This document shows, one piece after another, positions 19,120 through 28,843 of a stretch of DNA of 64,000 bases (position 1 is the first letter of the stretch; every line of letters begins with the position of its first letter). The DNA lies in the NCBI GenBank assembly GCA_002402945.1, contig DHGV01000001.1:2180-66179 (forward strand), read 5' to 3'. The position numbers and the translations under genes were made by a program. The DNA comes from Pelotomaculum sp. UBA4789. GTDB lineage: Bacteria; Bacillota; Desulfotomaculia; Desulfotomaculales; Pelotomaculaceae. The notes under the pieces are model-generated. The model did not search any database, was not told where the DNA came from, and saw only the letters and a list, made by a program, of their open reading frames with translations.

Positions 19120-20193
19120 ATGATGACAGAAATTGCGCTGACCAAAGTAGCGAAAGCGGGTTCTTTGCCCGCCGGACAGGAACTTGTTTTTGGTAAAAAT
19201 TTTACTGACCACATGTTTGCCATGAACTATCTGACGGGAAAAGGCTGGTACAACCCGCGCATAGTTCCGTATGCTGATTTTCCTGCCAATCCGGCAATGA
19301 TTGTCCTGCACTACGGACAGGCAATTTTTGAAGGCATGAAAGCTTTTCGCTCCGCCGACAACCGGGCTTGGGTGTTCAGGCCATATGATTATCTGAGCCG
19401 GTTTAACCGCTCCGCGAAGCTCCTGAACATTCCCCAGATGGATGTTGAACTGAACCACACGGCTTTATTGAAACTTTTAGCTTTAGAAAAGGACTGGATT
19501 CCGGGCAAGCCCGGCACTTCTCTTTATATCAGGCCCTTTGTATTCGCTGACGAATCGCAACTCGGCGTCAAGGTGGCGGACAGCTATAAAATGTTTATCA
19601 TCCTATCCCCGGTCGGTGCTTACTATAAAATCGGCTTTAAGCCCATCAGCATTAAAGTGGAAGATAAATATGTCCGGGCCACCATCGGCGGGCTGGGCGA
19701 AGCAAAAACGCCGGCCAATTACGCCATGAGCCTTGCGGCGCAGCAGGATGCCTATGCTGAAGGTTTCGGACAGGTCCTCTGGCTTGATGCCGTCCACCGC
19801 AAATATATTGAAGAAGTGGGAACCATGAATATTCTCTTCAAGATCAAAGGTGAAGTCATTACACCGGCGCTCAATGGCAGTATCCTGGGAGGCATGACCC
19901 GCAAGACCGTCCTGGAGTTATGCCGGAGCTGGGGGGTGAAAGCCACTGAACGCCAGATTTCTATTGAGGAAGTATTTGACGCCCACGCCAAAGGTGAGCT
20001 GGAAGAAGTATTCGGATCCGGCACTGCCGCGGTCATCTCCCCTGTCGGCGAGCTGACCTGGAAGGGGCAGAAAATCGTCATCAACAATAACCAGACCGGC
20101 GCATTTTCCCAAAAACTCTTTGATTATGTCACTGGCGTCCAGTCCGGTAAAATTGCGGATCAATTTAATTGGATGGAAGAAATAAAAGGATAA
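19120..20193 (+). CDS. ilvE: Branched-chain amino acid aminotransferase
   Basis: FGKNFTDHMF, LHYGQAIFEGMKA, LYIRP, AKTPANY, EEVGTMN, GSGTAAVISPV. Confidence 0.95.
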   Translation: MMTEIALTKVAKAGSLPAGQELVFGKNFTDHMFAMNYLTGKGWYNPRIVPYADFPANPAMIVLHYGQAIFEGMKAFRSADNRAWVFRPYDYLSRFNRSAKLLNIPQMDVELNHTALLKLLALEKDWIPGKPGTSLYIRPFVFADESQLGVKVADSYKMFIILSPVGAYYKIGFKPISIKVEDKYVRATIGGLGEAKTPANYAMSLAAQQDAYAEGFGQVLWLDAVHRKYIEEVGTMNILFKIKGEVITPALNGSILGGMTRKTVLELCRSWGVKATERQISIEEVFDAHAKGELEEVFGSGTAAVISPVGELTWKGQKIVINNNQTGAFSQKLFDYVTGVQSGKIADQFNWMEEIKG

Positions 20194-20224
20194 GCGTGAA
20201 GTTGCTGGAGCAAACTATAAGGTC

Positions 20225-21526
20225 GTGATAACTGTTTTAAAAAAAAGGCTGATCTTGATATTGACAGTACTGCTGCTGGCTCTATTGCTGATCTTTCCGC
20301 AAGGGGCGCTGGCCGATCCCAGCATATTGATCAACAAGGAGACAAATCAGCTGGCCCTTTTTGAAAACGGGTACCTGCTGGATGTTTTTCAGGTTGCTAC
20401 GGGGCGTGAGCCTCAATTTACCCCGGAGGGAAACTGGCGGGTAGTACTCAAGTTGGTCTACCCTTCCTGGAGGCACCCTGACGGCGGCCCACTTATCCCC
20501 GGAGGTATGCCGGAAAACCCGCTGGGGCCCCGCTGGCTGGGCATTAACGCGCTGGGTACGAGCGGCAGCGACTATGGCGTGCACGGCAACAATGCCCCTG
20601 ACTCTATCGGCTCTTACGTCTCCCTGGGCTGCGTAAGGATGAAAAATGAAGATATTATCTGGCTCTACGGGCGAATTCCGGTGGGCACAGAAGTCGATAT
20701 AATCAAAGAGGACCGGGACCTGTCAGAGCTGAAAAAATACGACCGCGTCACCCTCAACGGCCTGGAGGTCGAATTCCCGCCTCATCTTGGGCTGGTACAG
20801 GCCGGAGAGATTGCCTACCTGCCTTTGAGCCAGGTCACCTCACCCCTGGGCTACCGCCAGTACTGGGATGATTCCGCCGGCGCCCTGCTCGTTTCCAACA
20901 TTGAACGGGAAGTACTGTTAAAACCAGACAGCAAGGCTGTCACAGTAAACGCCAGGACTTATGAAGCCGGCGAAGCGCCTTTCCAGCTTGACCATATGAC
21001 CTTTGTTCCTGTCTATTATTTAAGCGAATATTTTGGGTTTGAGCTGAGCAGCGGAGAGGAAAGCAGAACCCTGGCGCTGAAGGCTCCCTTTGACCCAAGC
21101 GGCGGGCGGGTGGTTAGATACAACGTGGCGCTCCAGCTCGATGGCAAACCCTTGATTTTACCTGAATCCCTGGCCGTGCTTAGTGAAGACCAGAACCTGC
21201 TGATCCCTGTCCGTTCATTCTTCACCGCCGCAGGCGCGCAGGTGGACTGGAATAATGACACCAGATCGGTTGAAATAATCATGAACGATACCCAGGTATC
21301 AATACCCGTTAATGGGAGCCCTTACATAGTCAACGGGATTGCGGCAAATATCCCGGCGGATATTTTTATCGATAACGGCGCCTCTTATCTGAGCCTGGGC
21401 TTTATGCACTCTATCTTTGGTTTCAGCTCCGATTTTTCCGAACAATCCCGCACTCTAAAGATCTCCACCGCAATAAAAGGGCAGGCGGATTCCCCGCTTT
21501 TACCGCCGCCTCAACTGTCTATTTGA
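20225..21526 (+). CDS. Secreted L,D-transpeptidase (YkuD) with copper-amine-oxidase N-terminal-like stalk domains
   Basis: Signal peptide; NPLGPRWL and YGVHG...SLGCVRM; repeated stalk-like segments (LIPVR...VDWN). Confidence 0.85.
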   Translation: MITVLKKRLILILTVLLLALLLIFPQGALADPSILINKETNQLALFENGYLLDVFQVATGREPQFTPEGNWRVVLKLVYPSWRHPDGGPLIPGGMPENPLGPRWLGINALGTSGSDYGVHGNNAPDSIGSYVSLGCVRMKNEDIIWLYGRIPVGTEVDIIKEDRDLSELKKYDRVTLNGLEVEFPPHLGLVQAGEIAYLPLSQVTSPLGYRQYWDDSAGALLVSNIEREVLLKPDSKAVTVNARTYEAGEAPFQLDHMTFVPVYYLSEYFGFELSSGEESRTLALKAPFDPSGGRVVRYNVALQLDGKPLILPESLAVLSEDQNLLIPVRSFFTAAGAQVDWNNDTRSVEIIMNDTQVSIPVNGSPYIVNGIAANIPADIFIDNGASYLSLGFMHSIFGFSSDFSEQSRTLKISTAIKGQADSPLLPPPQLSI

Positions 21527-21924
21527 TTGCAATTGCCTCTATTTCAACTAAATAATTTGGGTTGCCCAGACCGGCAACCTGCAATACCGTTATTGCGGGT
21601 GGATTTTCAAGTTGTCCGACAGTTTCCTGAAAAGCCTTATAGCTTACTCCCGGGTCACTCCCGGCAACCATATAAATATTCCATTTCACGATATCTTTAT
21701 ATGTTGCATTTACTGCCGCCAAAGCGATGCCAATATTTATTAATACTTGTTTTGTCTGTAATCCTAAATCCCCCCTGCCGATTAGGTTGCCATCTTTATC
21801 TACTGCATTCTGCCCCCCCGATATAGATGGTTTTATGGGGGCCGGTGACAGAGACCATCTGGCTGAACGCTTTTGATGTGATCGTATTTGCCGGATTAAT
21901 GTATTCTACTTTTGGACCAATCAT
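21519..21924 (-). pseudogene. RidA-family protein, frameshifted at a G7 tract (21813-21819)
   Basis: ATG 21924 with RBS gives MIGPKVEYINP...FSQMVSV...IYIGG; G6 would continue QNAVDKDGNLIGRGDLGLQTKQVL into ORF 21519..21722, which ends LVEIEAIA. Confidence 0.8.
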
Positions 21925-21988
21925 TTTTTCTCCTTTCCTGCCTCCGCAAGCAACGCCCCATTATGCTGTTTATAATCCGCTTTGTCAG

Positions 21989-22816
21989 TTATATCCCGGC
22001 TTCCATATTTTTTTTAATCTCAAGATATCTCTGTATGGCTGTCTCTGATGGCTTACCCTTCCTGCAGATCTCCAACTTCTCCAGTTTTCGATTCGGTCTC
22101 TCAACAATCATTCTGTTCTGACTGTCCAGCTTCTTGTTCAACGTCGCAAAGGCTTCAAGGAATCGCCTTTCCTTACTGGCCTTCGGGTAGAAAGAAAGAA
22201 CATAAGTATAATAGAAAAGGTTATATCGCAAAAACGGGTACTCGACTTGCATAAACAGCTTTCCCATCCCATAATGGCAAGGCCCGGTTGGCGCCCGGAC
22301 TGTCCAGTGACTGAGGAGCGTCTCCACTGCTGCATCCAGTTCTTGAGACTCATCGTTCATGCCAGCAAATCTAAAAACATCCAGGGCCAAGAGTGTGACA
22401 CCCGGGTTGGAGTAATTTGTCTCGGGCCCACGTCCAAAGATGAACTTTTTGCAGCGCCAGCCGCCGTCTTCAAACCTGTTGGCCAGCAAGTGCTCCAGCA
22501 TTGTCTGAACGCGCCGGTCACCTACATAACCATTTCTGCATAGGGCTGCAGCAGCAAGCGCTGTGTGACATGGATAAATAGCGCCCTTCGGCGCGATCCG
22601 GACCCGGCCATCTTCCCTGCAGGCCTTCAGGACAAGTTCCGCCGCGCCTTTAACCGCTTCGTGAGACTGCGGTACTCGCAGTTCACTCATGATCAACAGT
22701 GCCGTCAGGGTACTTATTGGCCTTTCAATACAGATTCGTCCATCCGGCGCAGCCCAAAAATCCGCGCCATTTTCATGACGTACCGCTAAAATCTGCTTCA
22801 AGTCAGCTTCATACAT
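21989..22816 (-). CDS. Prenyltransferase/squalene-cyclase-repeat-like protein of unknown function
   Basis: EDGGWRC and EDGR QW-like repeats; YPFLRYNLFYY. Confidence 0.65.
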   Translation of the reverse strand: MYEADLKQILAVRHENGADFWAAPDGRICIERPISTLTALLIMSELRVPQSHEAVKGAAELVLKACREDGRVRIAPKGAIYPCHTALAAAALCRNGYVGDRRVQTMLEHLLANRFEDGGWRCKKFIFGRGPETNYSNPGVTLLALDVFRFAGMNDESQELDAAVETLLSHWTVRAPTGPCHYGMGKLFMQVEYPFLRYNLFYYTYVLSFYPKASKERRFLEAFATLNKKLDSQNRMIVERPNRKLEKLEICRKGKPSETAIQRYLEIKKNMEAGI

Positions 22817-22980
22817 AACCGCTATCAGCCACCATCTGATTTATTTTAGAGCTAAAGTTTATGATACCCTCCACCCCGGCAGCAACCTTTAAATCCGTGG
22901 GACATACAGGTCCACGGATTTTTTTGCCGGGAAATCAAACCGGACTGTCCTCAACCCTGTTTGCAGCCCTATCTGCTGAC

Positions 22981-23625
22981 CTAAACAACTGCCAGCCTGG
23001 CGCCCAGGTCAAATGCTTTTTGGCAGTCTAGCGGAAATTGTTTTGCTTTCACTTGCGCCTTGTGTTTTTCGTCGAACATTGAGGCTTCATACTTGGAGTA
23101 ATCATTAAACTGGTAAGTATCCAGGCAGAGCAGGTATTCTGTTGTGCCGTTTAATTTTTTCAGGTACCCTTGACCTCTCTGAAAGATTGCTTCATAGTTC
23201 ATTATTTCCACAAAAGCCTCCGTGGCATTCATGGTATAGATAAAACCTGTAGATATCTTGCCCTTAAAAACCGATCCATAACCAGCGCTGTAGCTGATCT
23301 TGGGAAATACCAGACGCTCCAAAAAGGATTGCATTTCTCCGGTGATATTGCCCAAATATATGGGCGAGCCTAAAATCAAAGCATCACATTCTGAAATATT
23401 ATCCAGTACGCTGGTTAATTCATCTTTCATGGCACAGCTTCCAATATGCTTGCTGTCTCTTGTTTTACAGGTAAAGCAGCTGGTGCAGCCTTTGTAATTC
23501 AAATCATATAGATGTATTAATTCCGTGTCCGCCCCTACAGATTTAGCTCCGTCAAGAGCCATTTGCAACAAGGCAGCGGTATTCCATTTTTTCCTGGGAC
23601 TGCCGTTGACAGCAATTACTTTCAT
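22981..23625 (-). CDS. Iron-sulfur flavoprotein (Isf/flavodoxin family)
   Basis: NGSPRKKWNT, CTSCFTC...C, GSPIY; ATG at 23625. Confidence 0.88.
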   Translation of the reverse strand: MKVIAVNGSPRKKWNTAALLQMALDGAKSVGADTELIHLYDLNYKGCTSCFTCKTRDSKHIGSCAMKDELTSVLDNISECDALILGSPIYLGNITGEMQSFLERLVFPKISYSAGYGSVFKGKISTGFIYTMNATEAFVEIMNYEAIFQRGQGYLKKLNGTTEYLLCLDTYQFNDYSKYEASMFDEKHKAQVKAKQFPLDCQKAFDLGARLAVV

Positions 23626-23770
23626 GAAAACCGTTCCTCTCCATATTCTTTGCGTTCTCAATATATTATTCTGTGGCTTCCTTCGGAGCAATACGCACCC
23701 GGCCGTCTTTATGGACACTTATAACGTACCGGGGACGTTTTGCTCCGATTTCCCGGGTATTTCCCGGCTG

Positions 23771-24186
23771 CTATTTAGGCTGTGGATTCAGATAGTTCAG
23801 GCTCCATGAGATATCAAACCGGTCTGTCAGCATGGCGAAAATCGCCCCCAAAAGGTATCCTGCAGTTCCATGTGGATTTGGGCGCCCTCGCTCAAGCGGC
23901 TATATAACTCCCGGATCTGCTCTTCGCTGTCGCAGTTGAGGTTGATTTGCAGGTTGTTGCCCACCTTGACCTCATTTTGGCCCATCGCGTCTGAAACATA
24001 GAAAATACAACCATCAGCTATAAACTCCGCGTGCATTATCTTTTCCGCAAGATCAGCCGGCATATCGGGGAATGGCTGTTCTTGATAATGCATTATTTGC
24101 GGCGGATTAGCCTTTAATGCTTTAACATAGAACTTAATCGCTTCATCTGCATTGCCGTTAAAATAAAGATATGGAATCGCCTGCAT
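23771..24186 (-). pseudogene. VOC/PhnB-family protein, frameshifted near the C-terminus at a G5 tract
   Basis: PYLYFNGNADEA...IMHAE...QDTFWG; G6 would restore AIFAMLTDRFDISWSLN and a stop at 23771. Confidence 0.8.
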
Positions 24187-24293
24187 GATTACACCTCCGG
24201 TATTTAATTTAATTTTCCCGGTGCAGCGCATGGCAGCTTTTTAAATTGTACCTGCCCCCCCGAAGCAACACCGCTTCGGGGTCCCTCATTCCC

Positions 24294-24998
24294 TTATTCC
24301 GCCTCTTTCAGGTAGTCTTTCAGTCCCTGCTCCACCACCTGGAATACTGTGTGGCCGATCAAATAACCCAGGTTGGTGGCCGCACCGGCATAAGGAAGCG
24401 GCTCTCCCCTCCTGTTGCAGGCGACCACCACGGCGTCAGTAGTGGTGCCCGTGGCTATGCCGCCGTCAGGCATCCGGGTGCCGGACTGGAATATAGCCCT
24501 GGTCTTGGCTTCCGTGGCTGTGATCACCGCGTTAACCATCGCGGCTTCGGTCAGGCTGCCGTCGATGATGACCACGATGTTGATCGTACCCGGAGTAACC
24601 ATACTGTTGTCATCCCATATGACAGGTACACCGGCGGCGCAGGGGTGGCTTGTACCGGCGGTGCAGACGGCGGCGACTGTCAGGTCCCCTTTGGCCTCCG
24701 ATCGTACCACCGTGCGCCTGACATCGACGGCTGTCATCAGCCCGATAACGCCTTCACCCAGGCCCATTTTTGCCGCCAGGTGGATCAGTTCCCGGTCCGG
24801 GTGATCGCTGCTGTATCCTTTTTTGACCGTGTGGTTGATGATGTGCCTGGTCCGCCTGAGCTCCCCGCCCAGGGTCGCGGAGCTCAGGACGTTCAGCCAT
24901 TGATCGGAAGAGATCAGAAATGTATCGTTGTTTACCAGGCAGCTGCTGATCCCCTCGATTGGGATGTCATGATCGCACGTGGTTAATTCTTTAAACAA
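24294..24998 (-). CDS. cbiZ: Adenosylcobinamide amidohydrolase
   Basis: GLMTA, CTAG, GTINI, NAVITATEAK, ATGTTTDA. Confidence 0.88.
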   Translation of the reverse strand: MFKELTTCDHDIPIEGISSCLVNNDTFLISSDQWLNVLSSATLGGELRRTRHIINHTVKKGYSSDHPDRELIHLAAKMGLGEGVIGLMTAVDVRRTVVRSEAKGDLTVAAVCTAGTSHPCAAGVPVIWDDNSMVTPGTINIVVIIDGSLTEAAMVNAVITATEAKTRAIFQSGTRMPDGGIATGTTTDAVVVACNRRGEPLPYAGAATNLGYLIGHTVFQVVEQGLKDYLKEAE

Positions 24999-25205
24999 CC
25001 CGCATCGCCCCGTTTAACTTATATGCCGGTAAAATATTTCATTGCTGTTTATTCTGCTGCCCTGAAAATTGTAGGTGCAAATTTATTCGCACATCTGCTG
25101 CATATCCCAAAATTAAGTATAGCACTAACACGCCGTGTTTGATTGAAATTAAACCTATATTGCTGATTTTCATCCTATGTTGGTGCCACATCAGCAGCAG
25201 TGATG

Positions 25206-25883
25206 TCAGTTTGCTGGAATGTCCGCCTCGCTGTCGAGCCCCCTATTTTCCCAGAATCCGGTCAGGTAGGGATCGTCCGAAAGCTCGATCTCGTTTACCC
25301 ACCTGGCCCATTTATAGCCCAGTCTGTCTTCCGCGACTACGATAAACGGGAACCCGAGCGAAGGCGGCAGCGTGATGCCGTTGGAAGAATAAGCAAGGAT
25401 CATCTCTTTATCGATGACAGCCTGCAATGGCAGCGAGGAAGTATAGCCGTCCACGCAGTGGAAAATAACGGTCTGGGCGGTTTCGCGAACCACGGCCGGG
25501 GCAATAATATCTTTCAGCAGGGCGCCCTTCCAGAGCACCGTCGCATCCCAGCCCTCAACACAGTGCAGGGTGATCAGCTTTTCATAAGCTGGCAGGGCCA
25601 GAACCTCTTCATAAGCAAGTGAAACCGGCTGCTGCACACTGCCCGTTACTTCCAGGACATAGCTGCTGATATCGACCTGCTGAACCCCACTGATCGAGTT
25701 TTCCGGCAGCGCCCCGGACGGATCAAGTTTCGTGCCCTCGTACTCCCGGACCTCCAGCTCACTGTAGCGGCCCTCTGTCAGCTTGGATAACAGGCCCGTG
25801 TCTCCGGCTTCTTTCGTACTGCCGCAGCCGGCAAGCAGCAGCATGATCAAAATAGCGGCGGCAAAACCTAATTTACTTTTCAT
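25206..25883 (-). CDS. Molybdopterin-dependent oxidoreductase lipoprotein (sulfite oxidase/MsrP-like domain)
   Basis: Lipobox LLAGC; LHCVEGW, DGYTSSL, GYKWARWV, GFWENRG. Confidence 0.85.
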   Translation of the reverse strand: MKSKLGFAAAILIMLLLAGCGSTKEAGDTGLLSKLTEGRYSELEVREYEGTKLDPSGALPENSISGVQQVDISSYVLEVTGSVQQPVSLAYEEVLALPAYEKLITLHCVEGWDATVLWKGALLKDIIAPAVVRETAQTVIFHCVDGYTSSLPLQAVIDKEMILAYSSNGITLPPSLGFPFIVVAEDRLGYKWARWVNEIELSDDPYLTGFWENRGLDSEADIPAN

Positions 25884-25964
25884 GGTTTGTCTCCCCCTCC
25901 TGATCAAATATGTGCCTCGTATAAAATCAGCAGATCCTTCCTACAGGCCTATACTCTCCTAGCC

Positions 25965-26134
25965 TTACTTCTTCTTTTTCAGCATGTCTTCGGGCACCAG
26001 GAAAAACAGGAAGAATAGGAATAACAGAAACCATAATGTCTCAGGTGGATTAATAAAGGCTAGAAATGCAAGGAAAGACAAGAAGCTTAATGGATTGTAT
26101 TTTTTCTGCTTGAATTTTGTATTTTTGATTTCAT
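25965..26134 (-). pseudogene. Possible small hydrophobic protein, frameshifted at an A6 tract
   Basis: GGGGTG RBS and ATG 26134; A7 at 26100-26105 would give 56 aa MKSKIQNSSRKKYNPLSFLSFLAFLAF...FLFFLFFLVPEDMLKKKK. Confidence 0.35.
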
Positions 26135-26192
26135 TATTTCACCCCACCGATTATTCTCTCAGCCAGGGGCCGAAACCCTTTAATTGAAGCAG

Positions 26193-27425
26193 TTAACGTT
26201 TTATGTTTCTCCTGAAATAGCCGACTGAACCGGGTTTGCCCACTGGCGCTTTCTTTGCCGCTTCCTTGTTATCCGCCGGTTCCGTCTCCATCAGGGGGTA
26301 GGGATGGTCTTCGATTACCGGTATCTTCTTGGCGATGAGCTTTTCAATATCTTTCAGGTACGGCTTCTCCTCAGTATCACAGAACGACAGCGCCACGCCG
26401 CCGAGCCCGGCCCGGCCGGTGCGCCCGATGCGGTGGACATATGTTTCCGGTATGTTCGGCAGGTCGTAATTGATCACATGCGACAATTCTTCCACGTCTA
26501 TGCCCCTGGCGGCTATGTCTGTCGCTACCAGGACCCTGGTCTTTTTGGCCTTGAAATTATTCAGGGCCAGCTGCCGCGCCCCCTGCGATTTATTGCCGTG
26601 AATAGCCGCCGCCTGCACCCCTGCGCCGGCTAGGTCCTTGATGATTTTATTGGCGCCATGCTTGGTCCTGGAAAACACCAGCGCGGAGGCAATGGCTTCG
26701 TCTTTCAGCAGGTGGATCAGCAGATGCTTCTTGTCTTTCTTCCCGACAAAATATACACCCTGCTCAACGATATCAACAGTGGACGAAACAGGCGTGACTG
26801 CCACCCTGACCGGATTAACGGTAATCGAATTAACCAGCTTGGTAATCTCCATCGGCATGGTGGCGGAAAACAGCAGCGTTTGCCTGGTTTTAGGCAGATA
26901 TGAAATGATCTTTTTCACATCGTTGATAAAGCCCATATCCAGCATCCGGTCTGCCTCGTCCAGCACAAAAAAACTGACATGGCGCAGGCTGACATATTTC
27001 TGGTTGATCAGGTCCAGCAGCCGGCCCGGTGTGGCTACGAGGATGTCTACCCCTGCGGTCAGGGTATCGGTCTGTGCTTTTTGCGGCACGCCGCCAAAAA
27101 TAACCGTATTTTTAAGTCCCAGGTATTGCCCGTAAGCGGTAAAGCTGTCATCAATCTGAATCGCCAGTTCCCGCGTCGGAGTGACTATAAGCGCCTTAAT
27201 CGTTTTCGGCGCCTTCGGGTTCCTAAGTTCTTCCGCGAGCAGCTGCAGTATCGGGACAGCAAACGCAGCTGTCTTCCCGGTGCCCGTCTGGGCGCAGCCG
27301 ATCAGGTCCCTGCCTTCAAGCAAGGGCGGGATAGCTTGTTCCTGGATCAAAGTGGGTACCGTATACCCTTGTGTTTTTAGCGCCTTTCGGATAGGCGCAA
27401 TGAGCTTTAAATCATCAAATGACAT
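26193..27425 (-). CDS. rhlE: DEAD-box RNA helicase, RhlE-like
   Basis: [41 protein letters not shown]. Confidence 0.92.
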   Translation of the reverse strand: MSFDDLKLIAPIRKALKTQGYTVPTLIQEQAIPPLLEGRDLIGCAQTGTGKTAAFAVPILQLLAEELRNPKAPKTIKALIVTPTRELAIQIDDSFTAYGQYLGLKNTVIFGGVPQKAQTDTLTAGVDILVATPGRLLDLINQKYVSLRHVSFFVLDEADRMLDMGFINDVKKIISYLPKTRQTLLFSATMPMEITKLVNSITVNPVRVAVTPVSSTVDIVEQGVYFVGKKDKKHLLIHLLKDEAIASALVFSRTKHGANKIIKDLAGAGVQAAAIHGNKSQGARQLALNNFKAKKTRVLVATDIAARGIDVEELSHVINYDLPNIPETYVHRIGRTGRAGLGGVALSFCDTEEKPYLKDIEKLIAKKIPVIEDHPYPLMETEPADNKEAAKKAPVGKPGSVGYFRRNIKR

Positions 27426-27436
27426 ATTTTCTCCTT

Positions 27437-27616
27437 TTAGGCTTTGCGATAGACATTCAAACCAATCTTGATGTCTTCTTTATCAGGTATAGACACGTTT
27501 CCTTCAGTCGAGCCGATAATTATGCTCTTGCCCGAAGATGATTTGCCGAATTCCTTTGATATATCAACCGTTATCGTCAATATATTGCCGTCCAGCTTCA
27601 TCTCACAGTTTTTCAC
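27437..27616 (-). CDS. Small hypothetical protein (59 aa), below the ORF-track size cutoff
   Basis: AAGGAGG RBS and GTG start: [59 protein letters not shown]; stop lies 11 bp before rhlE. Confidence 0.8.
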   Translation of the reverse strand: MKNCEMKLDGNILTITVDISKEFGKSSSGKSIIIGSTEGNVSIPDKEDIKIGLNVYRKA

Positions 27617-27658
27617 ATTAATGCCTCCTTGTTTTTGTCATTCCAGACAATTTCTCCG

Positions 27659-27701
27659 TTGTCATTCTTATAAGATCCTTCGCTGCCGCTCAGGATGACA
27701 A
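27659..27701. repeat. REP-like hairpin (GTCATTCT...AGATCCTTCGCT...CAGGATGAC type)
   Basis: TTGTCATTCT/AGGATGACAA inverted repeat; single copy in the window. Confidence 0.45.
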
Positions 27702-27916
27702 TAACGCCCAGCGTTGACTAAAACGCTCTGGGTGACAATAGATACGTCTATTGTCAGGTTTGAATCCTGTTTTAGTGATAGATCATAAACATTAACTGCT
27801 ACAGTTTGTTCTTCCTGTTATATAAGCTTACCACAAAATGCCTTTCTTTATTGCTTGTTTTCAGAACCAGAGTGTATAATATGTCTAATCAAATTATGGG
27901 AAAGGATGTGTAAACA

Positions 27917-28336
27917 ATGCAATTTTGGTTTATTTTTTCGCTGCTTTTTTCTCTGATTGTAGCTACCTTTGCAGTGATCAACTCCGAAATCGTGACCATT
28001 AAATTCTTAGGGCTGAATTATGAGCTCACACAGTCAGCGGTCATACTTATATCTGCAGTTTTTGGCGCAGCCATTGCTATGTTTCTCGGACTTTACGGCA
28101 GGATTAAATTAGGTCTCAAAATCCGGGGGCTGCATAAAGAGCTCAAGGAAGCTGAAGCCCAGATCGAGGAGCTCGAGGAAACCATTAAAAACCATGAACG
28201 GATAGCCAGCCAATATGCCGCCGGAAAAGCTGCCGGGGCAGCTTCCGGTCATGCTCCTGCCTACACACCGGGCATCGCGGCGCCGGCGAAGGACCCTGCT
28301 GCTGTCGAACAGCCGGAATTAGCGGGTAATGAATAG
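27917..28336 (+). CDS. LapA/DUF1049-family membrane protein
   Basis: FAVIN..V.I.F motif, two TM segments then a coiled coil; GGAAAGGA RBS. Confidence 0.8.
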   Translation: MQFWFIFSLLFSLIVATFAVINSEIVTIKFLGLNYELTQSAVILISAVFGAAIAMFLGLYGRIKLGLKIRGLHKELKEAEAQIEELEETIKNHERIASQYAAGKAAGAASGHAPAYTPGIAAPAKDPAAVEQPELAGNE

Positions 28337-28474
28337 CTACATAACTGCCGCACATCACATATGCCTGTGTCTTCGACGATATGCTCAAAGTCCACAGGCA
28401 TATTTCATTTTTGTTGATTTATGGCGCCAGGCGCCTTGTTGACTTATGGGTGCTGCCCGCAGTTAAAATCAGTT

Positions 28475-28843
28475 TCAGCCAGTTGGCTCGTTTTGCAGAG
28501 CTCTGGCCAATTCTTCTATTTCCCTGCGCGCCAAATCGTCGCATCCGGCCAGCGACTCCAGGTGATGCTCCATTTCATGCAGTACAGTATCAATAATCTC
28601 TTCTTCCCAGCAATTGTCGGGCTCATCTTCCAGCAGGCCCACAAAGGAACCATAATAAAATATGATGAAACAGCCCCCGATGCCGTCCTCAATGTACTCT
28701 CCCAAGATGAAGTACTCACCTTCACGCTTTTTCCCCTGCCGCAGGTTGAAGCCGCCGGTCAGGTCCCGCAGGAAACGGTCGGGGATGCGGTCAACAGCCC
28801 GGTCAAGCATGTCCGCGAACTCGTCAAAAGATGGTTTAGCCAT
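28475..28843 (-). CDS. Minimal zincin metallopeptidase
   Basis: TVLHEMEHH (HExxH); ILGEY; YGSF. Confidence 0.8.
   Translation of the reverse strand: MAKPSFDEFADMLDRAVDRIPDRFLRDLTGGFNLRQGKKREGEYFILGEYIEDGIGGCFIIFYYGSFVGLLEDEPDNCWEEEIIDTVLHEMEHHLESLAGCDDLARREIEELARALQNEPTG

Noticed and set aside
25000-25200. Cobalamin riboswitch upstream of cbiZ
   Set aside because: No GGGAA or GCCACTG B12-box features are visible.
25884-25907. Twin-arginine signal MIRRGRQT on the Moco lipoprotein
   Set aside because: The Arg codons are the AGGAGGGGAG Shine-Dalgarno of the ATG at 25883, and the TTG has no RBS of its own.
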